A stretch of DNA of 63,902 nucleotides, filler included, from Basidiobolus ranarum (GCA_040143965.1; 48 parts of 48 records of this genome joined end to end with filler, not necessarily neighbours in it); one strand, 5' to 3'; counted from the first letter of the whole stretch, positions 23,964 to 37,093 are shown. Numbers and translations are program-made. The notes: generated by a model from the letters alone, not told the origin.

Positions 23964-25126
23964 NNNNNNNNNNNNNNNNNNNNNNNNNNNNNNNNNNNNN
24001 NNNNNNNTTAATTAATTAANNNNNNNNNNNNNNNNNNNNNNNNNNNNNNNNNNNNNNNNNNNNTGTGTAGAATTGGTGAGTAGTTCGTTAGTACTGACAT
24101 AAGGGTAGAAGGCCTTGTTCGCCTTGTCGGGTGAGAGTTCGGCAAACCCAGGAGTGAATTGAACTTATGAGTATTCAATCATGGGGAATCAACCATTCAC
24201 TTTGAGTGCACGAGTAGTATTTTACTGCTTTTCCGAAGCCGTCACGAACTCATTTTGAGCAGACTTGTTTTGTACACCAAAGACAATACCATACTCGTAG
24301 TCAAAGAATAAGTGGGCAGTTTATTTCTTACCGAAAATCAATGCAACAAGAAAAGTGAAAGTAGTCAGCAAAACTTTTTTCTTGATAAACCAACTAGTTC
24401 TAGGCTATTTGCACTTTGTGAGCAATCTCGACTGAGGTAACGGATTTGGTAAATCTGTTTCAAAATTTGTGACTTCTGATCGTTTGGGTAAACCTAATGC
24501 AAAAAAGATATGCATATAGTACAAATAAGATGCTAAAATAGAAAGATACAGTGTCCAGAAGCAGATATGCCAGTATCATCTTTGGAAGTAAAACTTGAAT
24601 CGACAGGTTATAGTCAAGCTAATAGCAAGTATGTAGCTTAAAGACATTGTCGGCTATTCATTGTTGGCCTTCTTTGTCATGTTGTCGGATTATTACTGTA
24701 TTGTTTACAAATAGCAGTACTCATGTTAGTTAGGGTAGAGACATATGTATATGGCGAGAAATAACAGGAATGGGAAAAGTAATGTCAAATGTACTTAATC
24801 AGTCTGTGTATTTGGATAATCTTACACGGGCAACATCTTCAAGTCAACAAAATTAGTCACTATTTCTCCACCGCTTTTTTATACATCACCTGCTACATTT
24901 ATAATACAGTAGTATCCACAGTAGTATCCCTATTCAATGTGAATTGTGAAAATTTACCAAATGCGCTTGATAACCGTCTACTGTTAGAGTGCTCCAATAT
25001 ATGACCCATTATCTCAAATTATGTTTTCAAATTAATCTTTATTAAATATATATATTTACGCAGTTTAATTTCAATGGGAGTACGTAGGAGTTATCTAGAA
25101 AATTTTAACTTCAAATAACAATAAAT

Positions 25127-25297
25127 CTATTGATCGCAGTCTGCTTCACCATTACTATTTCCGCCCTTTCCCGAATCATAGGCACCAGCTCCATTACCGC
25201 CGTTGCCATTATCACCGCCACCATTTCCAGCACCGCCATTACCACCACTGTTTCCGCCATTTCCAGAGTCATAGGCACCAGCTCCATTGCCACCGTT
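25127..25297 (-). CDS. Gly/Asn-rich repetitive protein, C-terminal fragment
   Basis: NGGNGAGAYDSGNGGNSGGNGGAGNGGGDNGNGGNGAGAYDSGKGGNSNGEADCDQ*; synonymous variation between repeats. Confidence 0.7.
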   Translation of the reverse strand, partial: NGGNGAGAYDSGNGGNSGGNGGAGNGGGDNGNGGNGAGAYDSGKGGNSNGEADCDQ

Positions 25298-25399
25298 ANN
25301 NNNNNNNNNNNNNNNNNNNNNNNNNNNNNNNNNNNNNNNNNNTTAATTAATTAANNNNNNNNNNNNNNNNNNNNNNNNNNNNNNNNNNNNNNNNNNNNA

Positions 25400-25600
25400 G
25401 AGTACGAAGAGAAGCAAAAGGAATTGGAAGGTGTTGCTAACCCGATCATGACCAAGATGTACCAAGCTGCTGGTGGCGCTCCTGGCGGTGCCCCTGGTGC
25501 TGCTCCTGGTGGTTTCCCCGGTGGTGCTCCTGGTGCCGCCCCTGGTGGTTTCCCTGGTGCCGCTGACAACAGCGAACCCAGCATTGAAGAACTTGATTAG
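25400..25600 (+). CDS. HSP70: Cytosolic Hsp70 (SSA-type), C-terminal fragment
   Basis: [30 protein letters not shown] repeats, ends PSIEELD*. Confidence 0.95.
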   Translation, partial: EYEEKQKELEGVANPIMTKMYQAAGGAPGGAPGAAPGGFPGGAPGAAPGGFPGAADNSEPSIEELD

Positions 25601-26356
25601 ATAATAATATCCAATTAGAGAAACATTCTATCTTTCCCAGTAACCGTGTATTTTTAGAAAATAATTCACTACACATGTTCCTCTTCGAATTCTACACACA
25701 ATGTCCATAATTTCCTAATTCAAACTTTAAATTACAGCATAGTTTTATAGGATAAATAAATTATTCATTACATCAAATATAGCATTGATTCTTTTGCTGA
25801 TAAACAATCATGAACTCATTTATGACCATCCACTGTCCAGTGATTAATTCGGGAGCCTGGGCAATGGCTTATTAGTAAACCGAGTGGAACAATCTGCTGA
25901 TAATATTAGGGAATTCGCATTCTTCCACAACGTAAGCAAACACTCCGAAGTATATTTAATTAACAGGGAGTATCCGACAGAAAATGCTATAATTCTCCAG
26001 GGTAAACCAGTCCAGCTATAGGTCAGTATGTCGGAAAACAACGTGGGCACAGTTAGTTCCAAAGATTAAAAACAACTAATACTGCCATGGTATTGAGAAG
26101 AAAAGGCATCAAAACTAAGTGTGGGTAAGGCTTAGGGTAATACTTATATACATAAAATTCTATGGAAGATAATGGTCGAGATGTTGCAGGAAATAGTCAC
26201 AAATTGTATTTCTCACCGTCACGACAAAAGATCATGATGACTGAGAGGGAATGTTAAAGCATAAGACAAAGGAACATATCAGTTGAGTGTTGTAAGCGCT
26301 CACGTCAGAATATTGTGAGGAGCAGTTGATTGGCCCAACTACTTACAAGCTCAATG

Positions 26357-26411
26357 CTCTAGAATTTTCCTGAGACAAGAGCATTGCCCAAGTTTCGTAC
26401 TTGAATATAAA
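26357..26411 (+). promoter_or_regulatory. Putative heat-shock element and TATA box of Hsp70
   Basis: CTCtaGAAttTTC (imperfect alternating nGAAn units) at 26357-26369 and TATAAA at 26406-26411, ~85 bp before the ATG. Confidence 0.5.
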
Positions 26412-26493
26412 TTGTGTGAGCATTTACCGCTGATCTGTATTTTGTGTATTTCGTTGATTCCTATCTTCTATAAACTCTATCTATATAACAACT

Positions 26494-26633
26494 ATGTCTA
26501 AAGCTATTGGAATTGATTTGGGTACCACCTACTCTTGCGTTGGTGTCTGGCAAAATGATCGTGTTGAGATCATTGCCAACGACCAAGGTAACAGCACTCC
26601 CCCATCCTATGTTGCCTTCAACGACTCTGAACG
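26494..26633 (+). CDS. HSP70: Cytosolic Hsp70, N-terminal fragment
   Basis: [33 protein letters not shown]. Confidence 0.96.
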
Positions 26634-26733
26634 NNNNNNNNNNNNNNNNNNNNNNNNNNNNNNNNNNNNNNNNNNNNTTAATTAATTAANNNNNNNNNNN
26701 NNNNNNNNNNNNNNNNNNNNNNNNNNNNNNNNN

Positions 26734-27907
26734 CTCCTGGTTGGATTCTTACAAGACTCTAAGCACCTCTAAAGTCAGTCTTTGTAAATACCTAGGCTAC
26801 AGCAAACTAATCACAGAGTGAGTCAGGTGATAGGTCACATGATAAAGTCACTGGATAAGGTCAGGTGACTAGTTAGCAATATAAACAGATATTCAAACAA
26901 GTTGTATAGATATGGCATAAGTTTAAACAGCTTTGTATGTTGGTGCACAACAATCACTACATATATTTCAAGACCATCATAGCCACCAAAGACACAATTG
27001 CTCCCTATGTTGATCAAATCATAATAGTTAGCAATTGCTCAAAGCTCATGTAACAAACTAAGACCTGACTATCTACCAAGTTTGAAATGCAAGATCTAGG
27101 ATCACTAGCATATTTTCTTTGAATGCAGATACATCAAAATTCTGATATTGGAACATGCCATACTACACACAAAAAATACATTGGGGATCTTTTAAACTGA
27201 TTGAATATGTCATAATGTAAGACATCTTCAAATCCACTATCTATGCTGAAACTCTCTAAGGAATTGCAACCACAAACCTCAGAAGATATTGAAAAATAGG
27301 AAGCATATACCTTACTTTTGTGCAGTTGGAAGTCTGATAAAAGCAGTAACTGGCACTAGGCCTAATAATGTGACAGCTGTAAGCATGGTATGTAAATATA
27401 TGAATATTTAGCAATGGAACATTAGATAGTGGTCATACAGATAATATGCTATCTGAGAGGAACAAGACATCATGGAATTCAATATAGTCAGCTATACAAC
27501 ATAGCACTCATTTTGCAAGGATATGCTGAAGCAGACTAGGCTAACAAAATAGCAGACCATAAGTCCAGAACTAGATATGTGCTTAAGCTAACTGGTGGAC
27601 TAACAAGCTGGATTAGTAAGAAACAACAAACTGTTGCATTATTAACTACAGAAGCAGAATATATAGCAAGCTTTATTGCTGTTCAAGAAGCTATATGGCT
27701 AAGGAGTCTTCTCAAGCAATAAGGATATGATCAAGTTAATCCTACCCCAATATATCAAGATAGTATCAGTTATATTGAGATCACCCAAAATCTTGAGCAT
27801 CACTCAAGGATGAATGATATTGACATAAGAGATTGTTTTATATGAGAGAAAGTTCAAGATAAAGAAGTGAACTTTATTTATTGTGATGTTGAAAATTTGC
27901 TTGCCAA
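26734..27907 (+). mobile_element. Ty1/Copia RT-RNase H, heavily decayed; ends at an LTR-A insertion (27908-27968, minus)
   Basis: GYAEAD, SWISKKQQTVAL.TTEAEY; same family as 7423-7928 and 22839-23963. Confidence 0.9.
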
Positions 27908-29176
27908 TATTGGGAAATTATGGGCTGTTTGGAGGAACTTTAGAAAAGTGGAGTTGTGAATAGCTTTGNNNNNNNNNNNNNNNNNNNNNNNNNNNNNNNN
28001 NNNNNNNNNNNNTTAATTAATTAANNNNNNNNNNNNNNNNNNNNNNNNNNNNNNNNNNNNNNNNNNNNTATCATAGCTATTGCTCAATATTTCCTCGTCA
28101 AAAATATATTTAAATTTGAGATCATTTCGTGTTCAAAAATGCCTGACAATCATTAATGGGTTTTACTATGTTATCCAGATCACTCAGTAACTCCTCCATA
28201 TAAAACATCGTTCTCTTCATATCAATAACAGCGATGGTCTTAATAACACAAGTATAAGTTAAGGAAAGAATATCTATATATCACATGAAAACTTCTGATC
28301 CCAAACATCACCTATTACTACTGCCTGTGAAGGTCTTCCATTTGATGCAACATTGTGCCAATGAAATTATTCTTTATTACATGCCATGTCCAATAGTATC
28401 CAGCTATACCTCATCTTACTATGATCGATTGTTAGTTTGTTACTGATGTTTCTTCAAACTATTGAGTATGCATGAAGTACAAGACTTCACCAGACACATT
28501 CTGGTGTTTACCATATGACCATCAATGTTACGCTTACTTAGAGGGAGTTGCAGTAAAGAATTGAACTCACACCCGTCAACTCTCTAAATACTCATAAATA
28601 TAGCCAAGTAACAGCCAAAATGAACATTTATAGAATCTTACAATGTCCGTTTAAAGCTATAAAAGTAAAGAAAAGGCCATGTAATTCGTTCTCAAAGTTG
28701 TATGCAACTGATCTATGACAATGGCAGATCAATTATCGAGATATTCTCTACTTGGGAAGATTGACGCTTATCGTTCTGGGATTATGTGTATTCCTTAGGT
28801 TGTAGATTCAAATCCGAAAACCGCTTGCAATACCTCTATATTATTAGGGTTGATCATTTTTAGGGAGAGGGAACCATGAGACAAGTATCTGATTGTTTCG
28901 GAAGGAGATAATATCAAAGCTTAAGATACGAGAGCGTTACAATTTTTTATGTTTGACGTTAAGCCGTGCTACACATGATACAGTAATTTATATTTGGGGT
29001 TGCTGGAACATCGTATTCTGAGACACGTTGCGTGATATCTGTTGACCCTGTTTCCAACTCCTAGATTTCTATTCAGATTTAAAAGAGGGCAAGAGACTTG
29101 AGTCAAGCTAAAAGTTACCATTAAGTAATTGCACCTTCTAACTTTTGTCAGAGTCCGCACATAATCAAATCAAACA

Positions 29177-29302
29177 ATGGGCTTTCCAATGCGCACCTTT
29201 GAGTCGAATCGAGCATCTGGCTGTCACGAACAGTTAGGGGCGTCTACTCCAAGTCAACCACCCATCTCAGTCAGACCTGAAGCAAATCTTGAGTTCTATA
29301 CC
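29177..29302 (+). CDS. Possible N-terminus of an unidentified host gene
   Basis: CAAACAATGG start context; frame open to the contig end (MGFPMRTFESNRAS...); CpG-rich context. Confidence 0.3.
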
Positions 29303-29402
29303 NNNNNNNNNNNNNNNNNNNNNNNNNNNNNNNNNNNNNNNNNNNNTTAATTAATTAANNNNNNNNNNNNNNNNNNNNNNNNNNNNNNNNNNNNNNNNNN
29401 NN

Positions 29403-30636
29403 GTAGTGTGACACTACTGAGGGTGCTTTGTGGTGTTTGTGCGGCTTTTTGCTTGCCTTTACCTTTGGGGCTAATTTCAACACTTTGAAAAGTACCAGTT
29501 GAGGTTGGAGAGCTGTGAGTTTTATTTGCTGGTGTTTTGACTTGTTGAGAGGTGCCAGGTGTTGGATAAGACCTTTGTAATGGTGTGAAGAATTTGGTAA
29601 CTGGGACAGTTGAGCCTAAACTGACTGGCTCATGTACTTTTCCCTTGGGCTTACTATGTTCCTGCTCCTTCAGTACTTCTTTAGCTGCTTTTCTTTCTTT
29701 TTCAAGTTGATAATTCCATACATTTTTGACATGCTTCATGAATAGGCCTATACTACCCCAATTGCCATTTGCTTGCAAAAGCCCAGGATAAGCCACATGA
29801 AATAAGTCAAGAACCTTCAGAGGAACATCTGGTTTTTGGTTTTTCCACAATTGGCTCAAGTTCAGGTGATTTTGGGCAAGATTCCGCACATTTTCCAAGA
29901 TGTTGAACAACTCATCATTGGGGCAAGTGATGGCAGCTCTGACCTTCAGTGTCTTTTGGTTTGCTGGTTTTCTTATGATTTCTACTTTCATGTGCCCAAG
30001 CAATTTTGGGTTGTTGTGTAGGCTTAATGGGCCAACACACTTACTGCTCTGCTAGATTGTCATGGTGACATTTATATGTATGGTGTGGGATTGATTGATA
30101 TCTCATATGAGAATGGATGGAGGGAGCAGCATGTTGCTCTAGCTTAAGCTCAGCATTCTGAAGGTCTTGTATCATTGTTGAGTGACTCTGTAAATGTTGA
30201 CTACTTGCTTCCAAATGCGGCATTAATTTTGATATTGTGGTATTATTGCTTGTCATGTCCTGTATAGCAACTTCATAGTTTTTACTCATGATTGCCTGCA
30301 TATCATTACAGTGTTCTGCCTGCGTTTCCCTTGTTGTGATAATTCTATCCAAATTTCCTATGGAGGGTTTTTCAATAGTGGGCAAAGTAGCTTTTTTCGA
30401 AGTTCATGGTCTTGATGGTGTTTTGGTTGAACTTTCCTCAACTATTGATTTACTACATAATTGGTGGATTACAATCTCTTCACTTGCACTATTGCTAGAA
30501 AGTAACACATCTGGTAAATTGATTAATGCTTCATCATAACTTGATTAGTTTCTGGCATGTTAATACCTTCCAAAGTGGATAGTGGATTGCTAGACTGCTC
30601 ATCAATTAATTCCTCTGTTCTTGCTGGTTTTTTTCC
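29403..30636 (-). mobile_element. CMC element ORF2 with a 90-bp in-frame deletion
   Basis: Multi-copy ORF2; TPLQRS is joined directly to YPTP. Confidence 0.85.
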
Positions 30637-30736
30637 NNNNNNNNNNNNNNNNNNNNNNNNNNNNNNNNNNNNNNNNNNNNTTAATTAATTAANNNNNNNN
30701 NNNNNNNNNNNNNNNNNNNNNNNNNNNNNNNNNNNN

Positions 30737-31703
30737 GAGATGTTTCATGAAGAGGCCTATACTAGCCCAATTGCCATTTGCTTGCAAAAACCCATGATAA
30801 GCAACATGAAAGAAGTCAAGAACCTTCAGAGTAATGCATGGTTTTTGGTTTTTCCATGATTGACTCAAATCCAGGTGATTTTGGGCCAGATTCCACACAT
30901 TTTGCAAAACGTTAAACCACTCATCATCAGAGCAAGTGATGGCAGCTCTGACATTCACAGTCTTTTGTTTTGCTGGCTTTCCTATGAGATTTCACTTTCA
31001 TGTGCTCAGGCAATTTTGGGTCATTGTGTAGGCTTAATTGTCCAAAACACATTATTTTCATGGTGATGTTCATATATATGGTGTAGGATTGATTGAAATC
31101 CCATATGAGAATAGATGGAGGGAGCAGCATGTTGCTGTAGCTTAAGTACAGCATTTTGAAGTTCTTGTATCATTGTTGAGTGACTCTCCAACTGTTGACT
31201 ACTTGCTTCCAGATTCTGCATTAATTGCAATATTGTGGTGTTATTGCTTGTCATGGCCTTTATGGCAACTTCATAGCTTTTACTTATAATTGCATACAAA
31301 TCATTATGGTGTTCTGCCTGCAACTCCCTTGTTGTAATAATCTATCCAAATTTTCTATGGAGGGTTGTGCAATAGTGGGCCATGTAGCCATTTTGAAAGT
31401 TGATGGTCTTGATGGTGATTTGGTTGAACTTTCTTGAACTATTGATTTACTACGTAATTGGCAGATTACAATCTCTTCACTTGCGCTATCACTGGAAAAG
31501 AACACATCTGGTAAATTGATTAATGCTTCATCATTACTTGAATTGGTTTCCAGCATGTTATTGCCTTCCAAAGTGGATAGTGGATTGCTATCCTGCTCAT
31601 TAATTAAGTCGTCTGTTCTTGCTGGTTTTTTTCCTTTTGTGCCAGCAGGCTTTGGCTTGGAAGCTAATTTTGATTTATATTTTGAATGCTTTTTGAATGG
31701 CAT
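30737..31703 (-). mobile_element. CMC element ORF2, N-terminal part with start codon
   Basis: MPFKKHSKYKSKLASKPKPAG (basic N-terminus) continuing into shared ORF2 sequence. Confidence 0.85.
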
Positions 31704-31915
31704 TGAAATTTTCAGATGGTAAACTTGGTGTAATGAAATTGCTTAGAGACAGCTTGTCATAAACCAAAATTGCCATCCATTACCACAGATATCTTGTAAA
31801 TCCCCTGATGAATCATCTGTGACATTGGCACAGAATCAGCTAATGATCTTGATGGGATATACCTAAAATACCATCCTTATTTAGGCGGCGTTCATTTTAC
31901 CACACTATCCTTCTC
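31704..31915. promoter_or_regulatory. Putative bidirectional promoter of the CMC element
   Basis: 212 bp between the ORF2 ATG (31703, minus) and the transposase ATG (31916, plus); partly repeated at 57055-57155. Confidence 0.65.
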
Positions 31916-31970
31916 ATGCCACCACATAAATGTTTAAAGAAGTGCTGCTTTTATTGTCACAAATTCTTGT
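31916..31970 (+). mobile_element. CMC transposase start (MPPHKCLKKCCFYCHKFL)
   Basis: 31884-31970 aligns with the reverse complement of 33215-33303, which leads into the transposase. Confidence 0.8.
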
Positions 31971-32070
31971 NNNNNNNNNNNNNNNNNNNNNNNNNNNNNN
32001 NNNNNNNNNNNNNNTTAATTAATTAANNNNNNNNNNNNNNNNNNNNNNNNNNNNNNNNNNNNNNNNNNNN

Positions 32071-33303
32071 CTAATACATACAATGCTATTAGCTTTAATA
32101 AAATACTCACCCATCTTAACCCCGTTAGATAACCATTCAAATTCCTCAATTAAAGGCTCCAAGAAGCTATCTATAAGCACTGGTGATTTAGGTCCAGATA
32201 TGATGGATAGTATCAAAATATTATGACTCTGATACCATTCAAAAGGAGGAAGATTTAAGTTGATTAAAATTATTGGCCAGCAAGCCTTTCCAACAGTACA
32301 TTTGCTTAGTAAGAAATCATCCAGAGCCAATACATGTGCATGATCATACATGTTCTCCAAGAAACCTTGACTTTTCAGATTCTGGTAGTAATATCCATCA
32401 AGTATGTTGGTAATACCATCAGCTTTATGGTGAGTACTTTGGTATTGATCAATGATCTATATTTGGATGATTTCATCAAAACTTTAAGAAGGGGAATCAA
32501 TGGTATGTAAGCCAAATATGAAGGATATTTACCTGATTCAGTGATTGCCAATTGTGTGCAAACAGTACATGACTTCAGGTTTTTCAGATCACCGGTGAAA
32601 GCCAAACAACCATTTGGACATGAAGGCAGTTGAATTATTGAAGGATTATAAGTCATACAATTGACAAGTGTTTTCCACTTGTACCAGGTCTGTGGCAAGC
32701 AACAGTTGCAAATCAACTGTGGTAAAAGTGTAAGAAAATCTATAATCACCTGGTTGCTAAGATTGTATTGAACTCTCCACTCCTCAATAATCAAAGCTGC
32801 CTCCTTTACAGTAAGTGTTATGAGTGGACTAATGCTTGCCAATAACAAGAACTCCGTAACAAAACCATTGTCTTCTTCTTCAACTTCTGATATACTACTG
32901 TTGGTACTGGAATAACCAAGGTCAACATCTAGCAGCAAGTTCTCAAAGTTGTCTGGATTACTGGTTTGACCAAAGTTGCATTTTGACCTACATCATTCTG
33001 GTCATATAACCGTGGTAACTCCATGGCATCTTGACTTTTGGCAGTGTTACCAAAACTTTGAGGCAAACTACAGTCAGTGGACTCAATGGGCAAAACTAAA
33101 GTTGATTTAGTACACTTATTACTGTTGTTATACACCAGGCTTTGTGCAGCTGGTGGCTTTGTACAGTGACCATGCTTGTGATTATTTTTTCTATGAAGCC
33201 TCCAGGTTTCATTGCACAAGTATTTGCAACAATAATAGCAGGGCTTCTTTAAATGTTTGTGTTGCAGGATGAGAAGGATATTGTAGAAAAAAGAACACCT
33301 CCC
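32071..33303 (-). mobile_element. CMC transposase N-terminal half
   Basis: SCPNGCLAF..CTVC Cys cluster, YIPLIP, LALDDF, NLPP. Confidence 0.9.
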
Positions 33304-33403
33304 NNNNNNNNNNNNNNNNNNNNNNNNNNNNNNNNNNNNNNNNNNNNTTAATTAATTAANNNNNNNNNNNNNNNNNNNNNNNNNNNNNNNNNNNNNNNNN
33401 NNN

Positions 33404-34636
33404 TATGCAGATCCCCAGGGACTCCCTTCTTTGATGGAACTAAAGTTCAAGCAGTCATCAGGAGATGAAAACTTTTCTGCCAAGCTTACAATGTTCCTCA
33501 AGACAGAATGGCTGAGGAACTACCACCTTACTGTGATGATGATATTGTGTTAGCACTTGAACACAACCCTTCCATACTACGAGACTGGAGCCTTATGAAA
33601 GGACACTTGCTAGAAAACTATGGAGAACCCTGCTGTACCTACTAAACCTATGACTTGGAGGACTTTGCCAACACCAGAGTCTCAAAGATGCTACCAAACA
33701 ATTTTTCCAAGAACTTGAAAGTATTGGAGCACCTTTGATCCAACAAGGTGTTATCACTGAAGTTACCCTCACTATTTACCTATTGAATACCTTACCCCAA
33801 CACCTACTGACAAACGTAGACCAAGAAACCATAGCCAATCAACCACCAATATTCCCTCTCTTGCCAGTGTGAAGAAAGTCCTCCTAGCAAGTCAGGAGAA
33901 CTCAGCACTCATGAAGATGCTCCAGAAGAGCAGGGAACAACAACAGCCAAGACCAGAAGAACCATTGACAAAAAGCAGAACAGTTGATGTTGAGGAAGAA
34001 CTATCCAACATTAGCAAGAAACTTGAATGTCTCACTTTGAAGATTGAGAGCAAGTCCTACCAAGGAGGAACCTATCAATCTTCCTACCCATCTAATTGTG
34101 TATGGTATGACTCAAACAAGCATTCCAAGAAGGACTATCCTGAATTGAACAAACTACTTGACAAAGGAGAGCTCCAATTGGACTCAAGAGGGTTTATACT
34201 TGATCACAATGGCAGAAATGTCAGGCCAAACTTTGGAAGAGGAGGTATGAAAGCAACTTACCACCCACCAGTTAACAACACCAGAAGAATAACTGTTGAA
34301 GACCCTGACCCAAACACCCAGCACTTTGCTGTTGGCAAACACCAGAACCAAACATTGGAATCTGACAATGAAGATGCATTTTCTCACTTAGCTGAAGCTT
34401 ATGCAACAAAGAGAGCTTCTCCACCTGAGGATCTAAGACCTACTGGTATACAAAAGGCAAGATTTTCTGAGCCAGAGGTTGTTATTGAGAACTTTCCAAA
34501 ACCAACACCAAGAACCACTGAAGGTGGACCTTGACAGCCTAACTATCAGATGCAATCCAAGATTAGCAAGAAGGCAGATCCTGAGACACTGACTGAGAGG
34601 ATCTTAGACTCTTGCCTCTCTGTGACAATTGGGGAA
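33404..34636 (+). mobile_element. Gypsy gag of a second lineage (DUF4100-like Zn knuckle), decayed
   Basis: PFFDG start; degenerate CX2CX4HX4C (CVWYDSNKHSKKDY); 3' end overlaps 60088-60185. Confidence 0.7.
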
Positions 34637-34736
34637 NNNNNNNNNNNNNNNNNNNNNNNNNNNNNNNNNNNNNNNNNNNNTTAATTAATTAANNNNNNNN
34701 NNNNNNNNNNNNNNNNNNNNNNNNNNNNNNNNNNNN

Positions 34737-35030
34737 AATTGCCTTCATACCGGTGCTTTCCCATTCGTCAATAGTTTCTTTGCTTGCAGTTAGAAGCGAG
34801 CCAGACCGCTCAGAGGGAAAAGGTTCGATTTCATTCAGAAGTTCAACTTTCTGGTTAGCGATTTTGTTATAAATGCGGTTGATCAAAGAGGGGTCGATAT
34901 CTTTGAGTTGAGCAACTAAAGACTGTTGCTCCTCGGTGGAAAGATCGTCGAAGAAAGTGAATACATGTCCCTGCCCAGCGGCATTATAAAACTCCCTAAG
35001 GCTCTGGATTTCATCAATAGAGACTGGCAT
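34737..35030 (-). CDS. UAP1: UDP-N-acetylglucosamine pyrophosphorylase, N-terminal fragment
   Basis: AGQGHVFTFFDDLS.EEQ..L..QL..ID, IEP, and WESTGMKAI at the contig end. Confidence 0.88.
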
Positions 35031-36069
35031 CTTGGTATACACAAAGGAAAGCAGAATATGAACAAGGACGAATGGATGTGAAAAGAATGCTGTGAACAGA
35101 CTTTGGTTTATAAGTAAGTTGACACTCAGCACCTGACTTGATAATCCCTGGGCTACTGAATACGAATGACTATACAAGTTTGTAATAGAAATCATTAAAA
35201 TGCTACCAACTAGCTAACCTAATCTTTTCCATATATAGGAAGCATAGAAGGTATTAGAGGTAGAAACTTCCAGATCAGAGAATCTAATATTGTTACTCTG
35301 TGCTATTTTTAATATTCCCATAATCAACAACATATTCTCATCCCACACACCAATCACTGACAAATCCATATTTTCTAGATCTACTCTTGAGTCAGTTTAT
35401 CGATTTACTAGATATGGAATTGCCAATATCGTCATGACTCTTGCAGAGAGATAAGTTCCAATCAATAGTCCGCTCTGTTTACCTCAACAACATGAGCTTA
35501 AGGTCACGGAGAAAACCTAGCTACTACGCTCAAGTCATGATTGGGCCAATGCTTGGGAGTTAATTACATCAACAACACCAGCCTAAAGAAGATAATCTTA
35601 CTTAATTGGTGAGCTATATGTGGTTAGGGTTAGGGTAGATTCCCTCTTCATAACTGTAAACAGTGATAAAGAGTGGTTTGGTTCTGTACCATACAGTGCA
35701 CAACAAATCACTGAAGTATTGTTTATTTTTAACCACTTTGGGCGGTAGAAATACGAGGCTTTTTTCAAAGTCAATGCATCTAATGCATACCCTATTTAGG
35801 AAAGGTATGACGCGTGCCATAGCGCGTGGGTTCGTGACGCGACTTTTAAAGTATGTTTACAAGAGAGCCAAGGAACCCTTGTAGACATAGCTTAATCTCA
35901 AATAAGAGCAGAGATTATCCATAACAAACAAGCTATTGCGACAGTAACGTTCAAGATGGAATGATTAACNNNNNNNNNNNNNNNNNNNNNNNNNNNNNNN
36001 NNNNNNNNNNNNNTTAATTAATTAANNNNNNNNNNNNNNNNNNNNNNNNNNNNNNNNNNNNNNNNNNNN

Positions 36070-37093
36070 GGAGGCAGCAATTGAAGTGCTAGTAATTCCA
36101 GTTCCCCATTTAGCGGTCTTTTCAGCACCGATGATATAACGAAGTACTTGAAGTCTGAGGTACTCAGAAGAAGAAAGAGGAGCACCTTCGAATGCCAAAG
36201 CGAGGGCACCGTGTTCTCCAGAGAACTCTAAACGAGATTCACCACCATAGTATTTTGAGGAGGCTGATTTTGCCTTAACACCTTGGTCAAGTTTACCGAA
36301 GTGTTGTTGAACAAGACCATCAAGTTGTTCTTTCTCGACTCCGGTACCAACAACACTAATATTTGATCCAACGTAACTTTGGTTCACGAATTGCATTAAA
36401 TCTTCGTAAGTGGCTTTAGATCCAGCCTTGGAGTAAAGAGAGTTACCAAGGCCATTACGGAAGGCAACACTATGAAGAGCCTCGAAGACCTTTATCTCTG
36501 GGTTAGACAAAGATTGCTTGGCTTGTTCTTGAACAAATTTCTTGACATCAAGGTACTCGTATTTGGCAAAATTGGTTTGAGAAATAACATCGGAAAGAAG
36601 CTGTACAAAATAGGGGCTAAGATGGTAGAACGATTAAGACCAGTTAATATCTGACATAATATATATTCGTTACTTACAGATCTTGAGAGAGGAACTCAGC
36701 AGAATATACAAGACTTTCGCGGCCTTGGGATACACTTAGTTGCGCACCTTGAAGCTCAGCTTCACGAGTAATGCGGAAAGCAGAGCGTTCACGAGTATTC
36801 TAATAATTACAAACATAAACCTCGATTCAGACGAAGCATTTCGATTTATATCTTCAATATTATACCTTAAAAGCAAAAGATTTCAAGACTTGGGAAACAC
36901 CAAAGTTGTGAGGGTTCTCGAAACGAGAACCAGCACCAACAACAACTGACAAAGAAGAAACGGGAGAGCTCTCCTCGGAAGCGGCAATACGTACACCATT
37001 AGAAGCAACGGATGTTGCTACAGTGTATGAAGCTCTTTGGATCAAAGGAGCAGTAACAGAAGTAGCTTTCTTTAAGAGAGTGGTTCTGAGCAT
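36070..37093 (-). CDS. QCR2: Cytochrome bc1 core subunit 2, partial (exons 37093-36866, 36799-36678, 36616-36070)
   Basis: Mitochondrial presequence, VGAGSRFE, NTRERSAFRITREAELQG, LHSVAFRNGLGNSLY, YYGGESR; GT..AG introns restore the frame. Confidence 0.93.

Noticed and set aside
25351-25676. Minus-strand Pro/Gly/Ala- and His/Gln-rich ORFs
   Set aside because: Antisense shadows of the Hsp70 GGAP repeats.
30737-33303. Physical adjacency of the ORF2 contig and the transposase contig
   Set aside because: They are separated by a spacer and their order is arbitrary. The linkage claimed above rests only on sequence within 30737-31970 and on homology.
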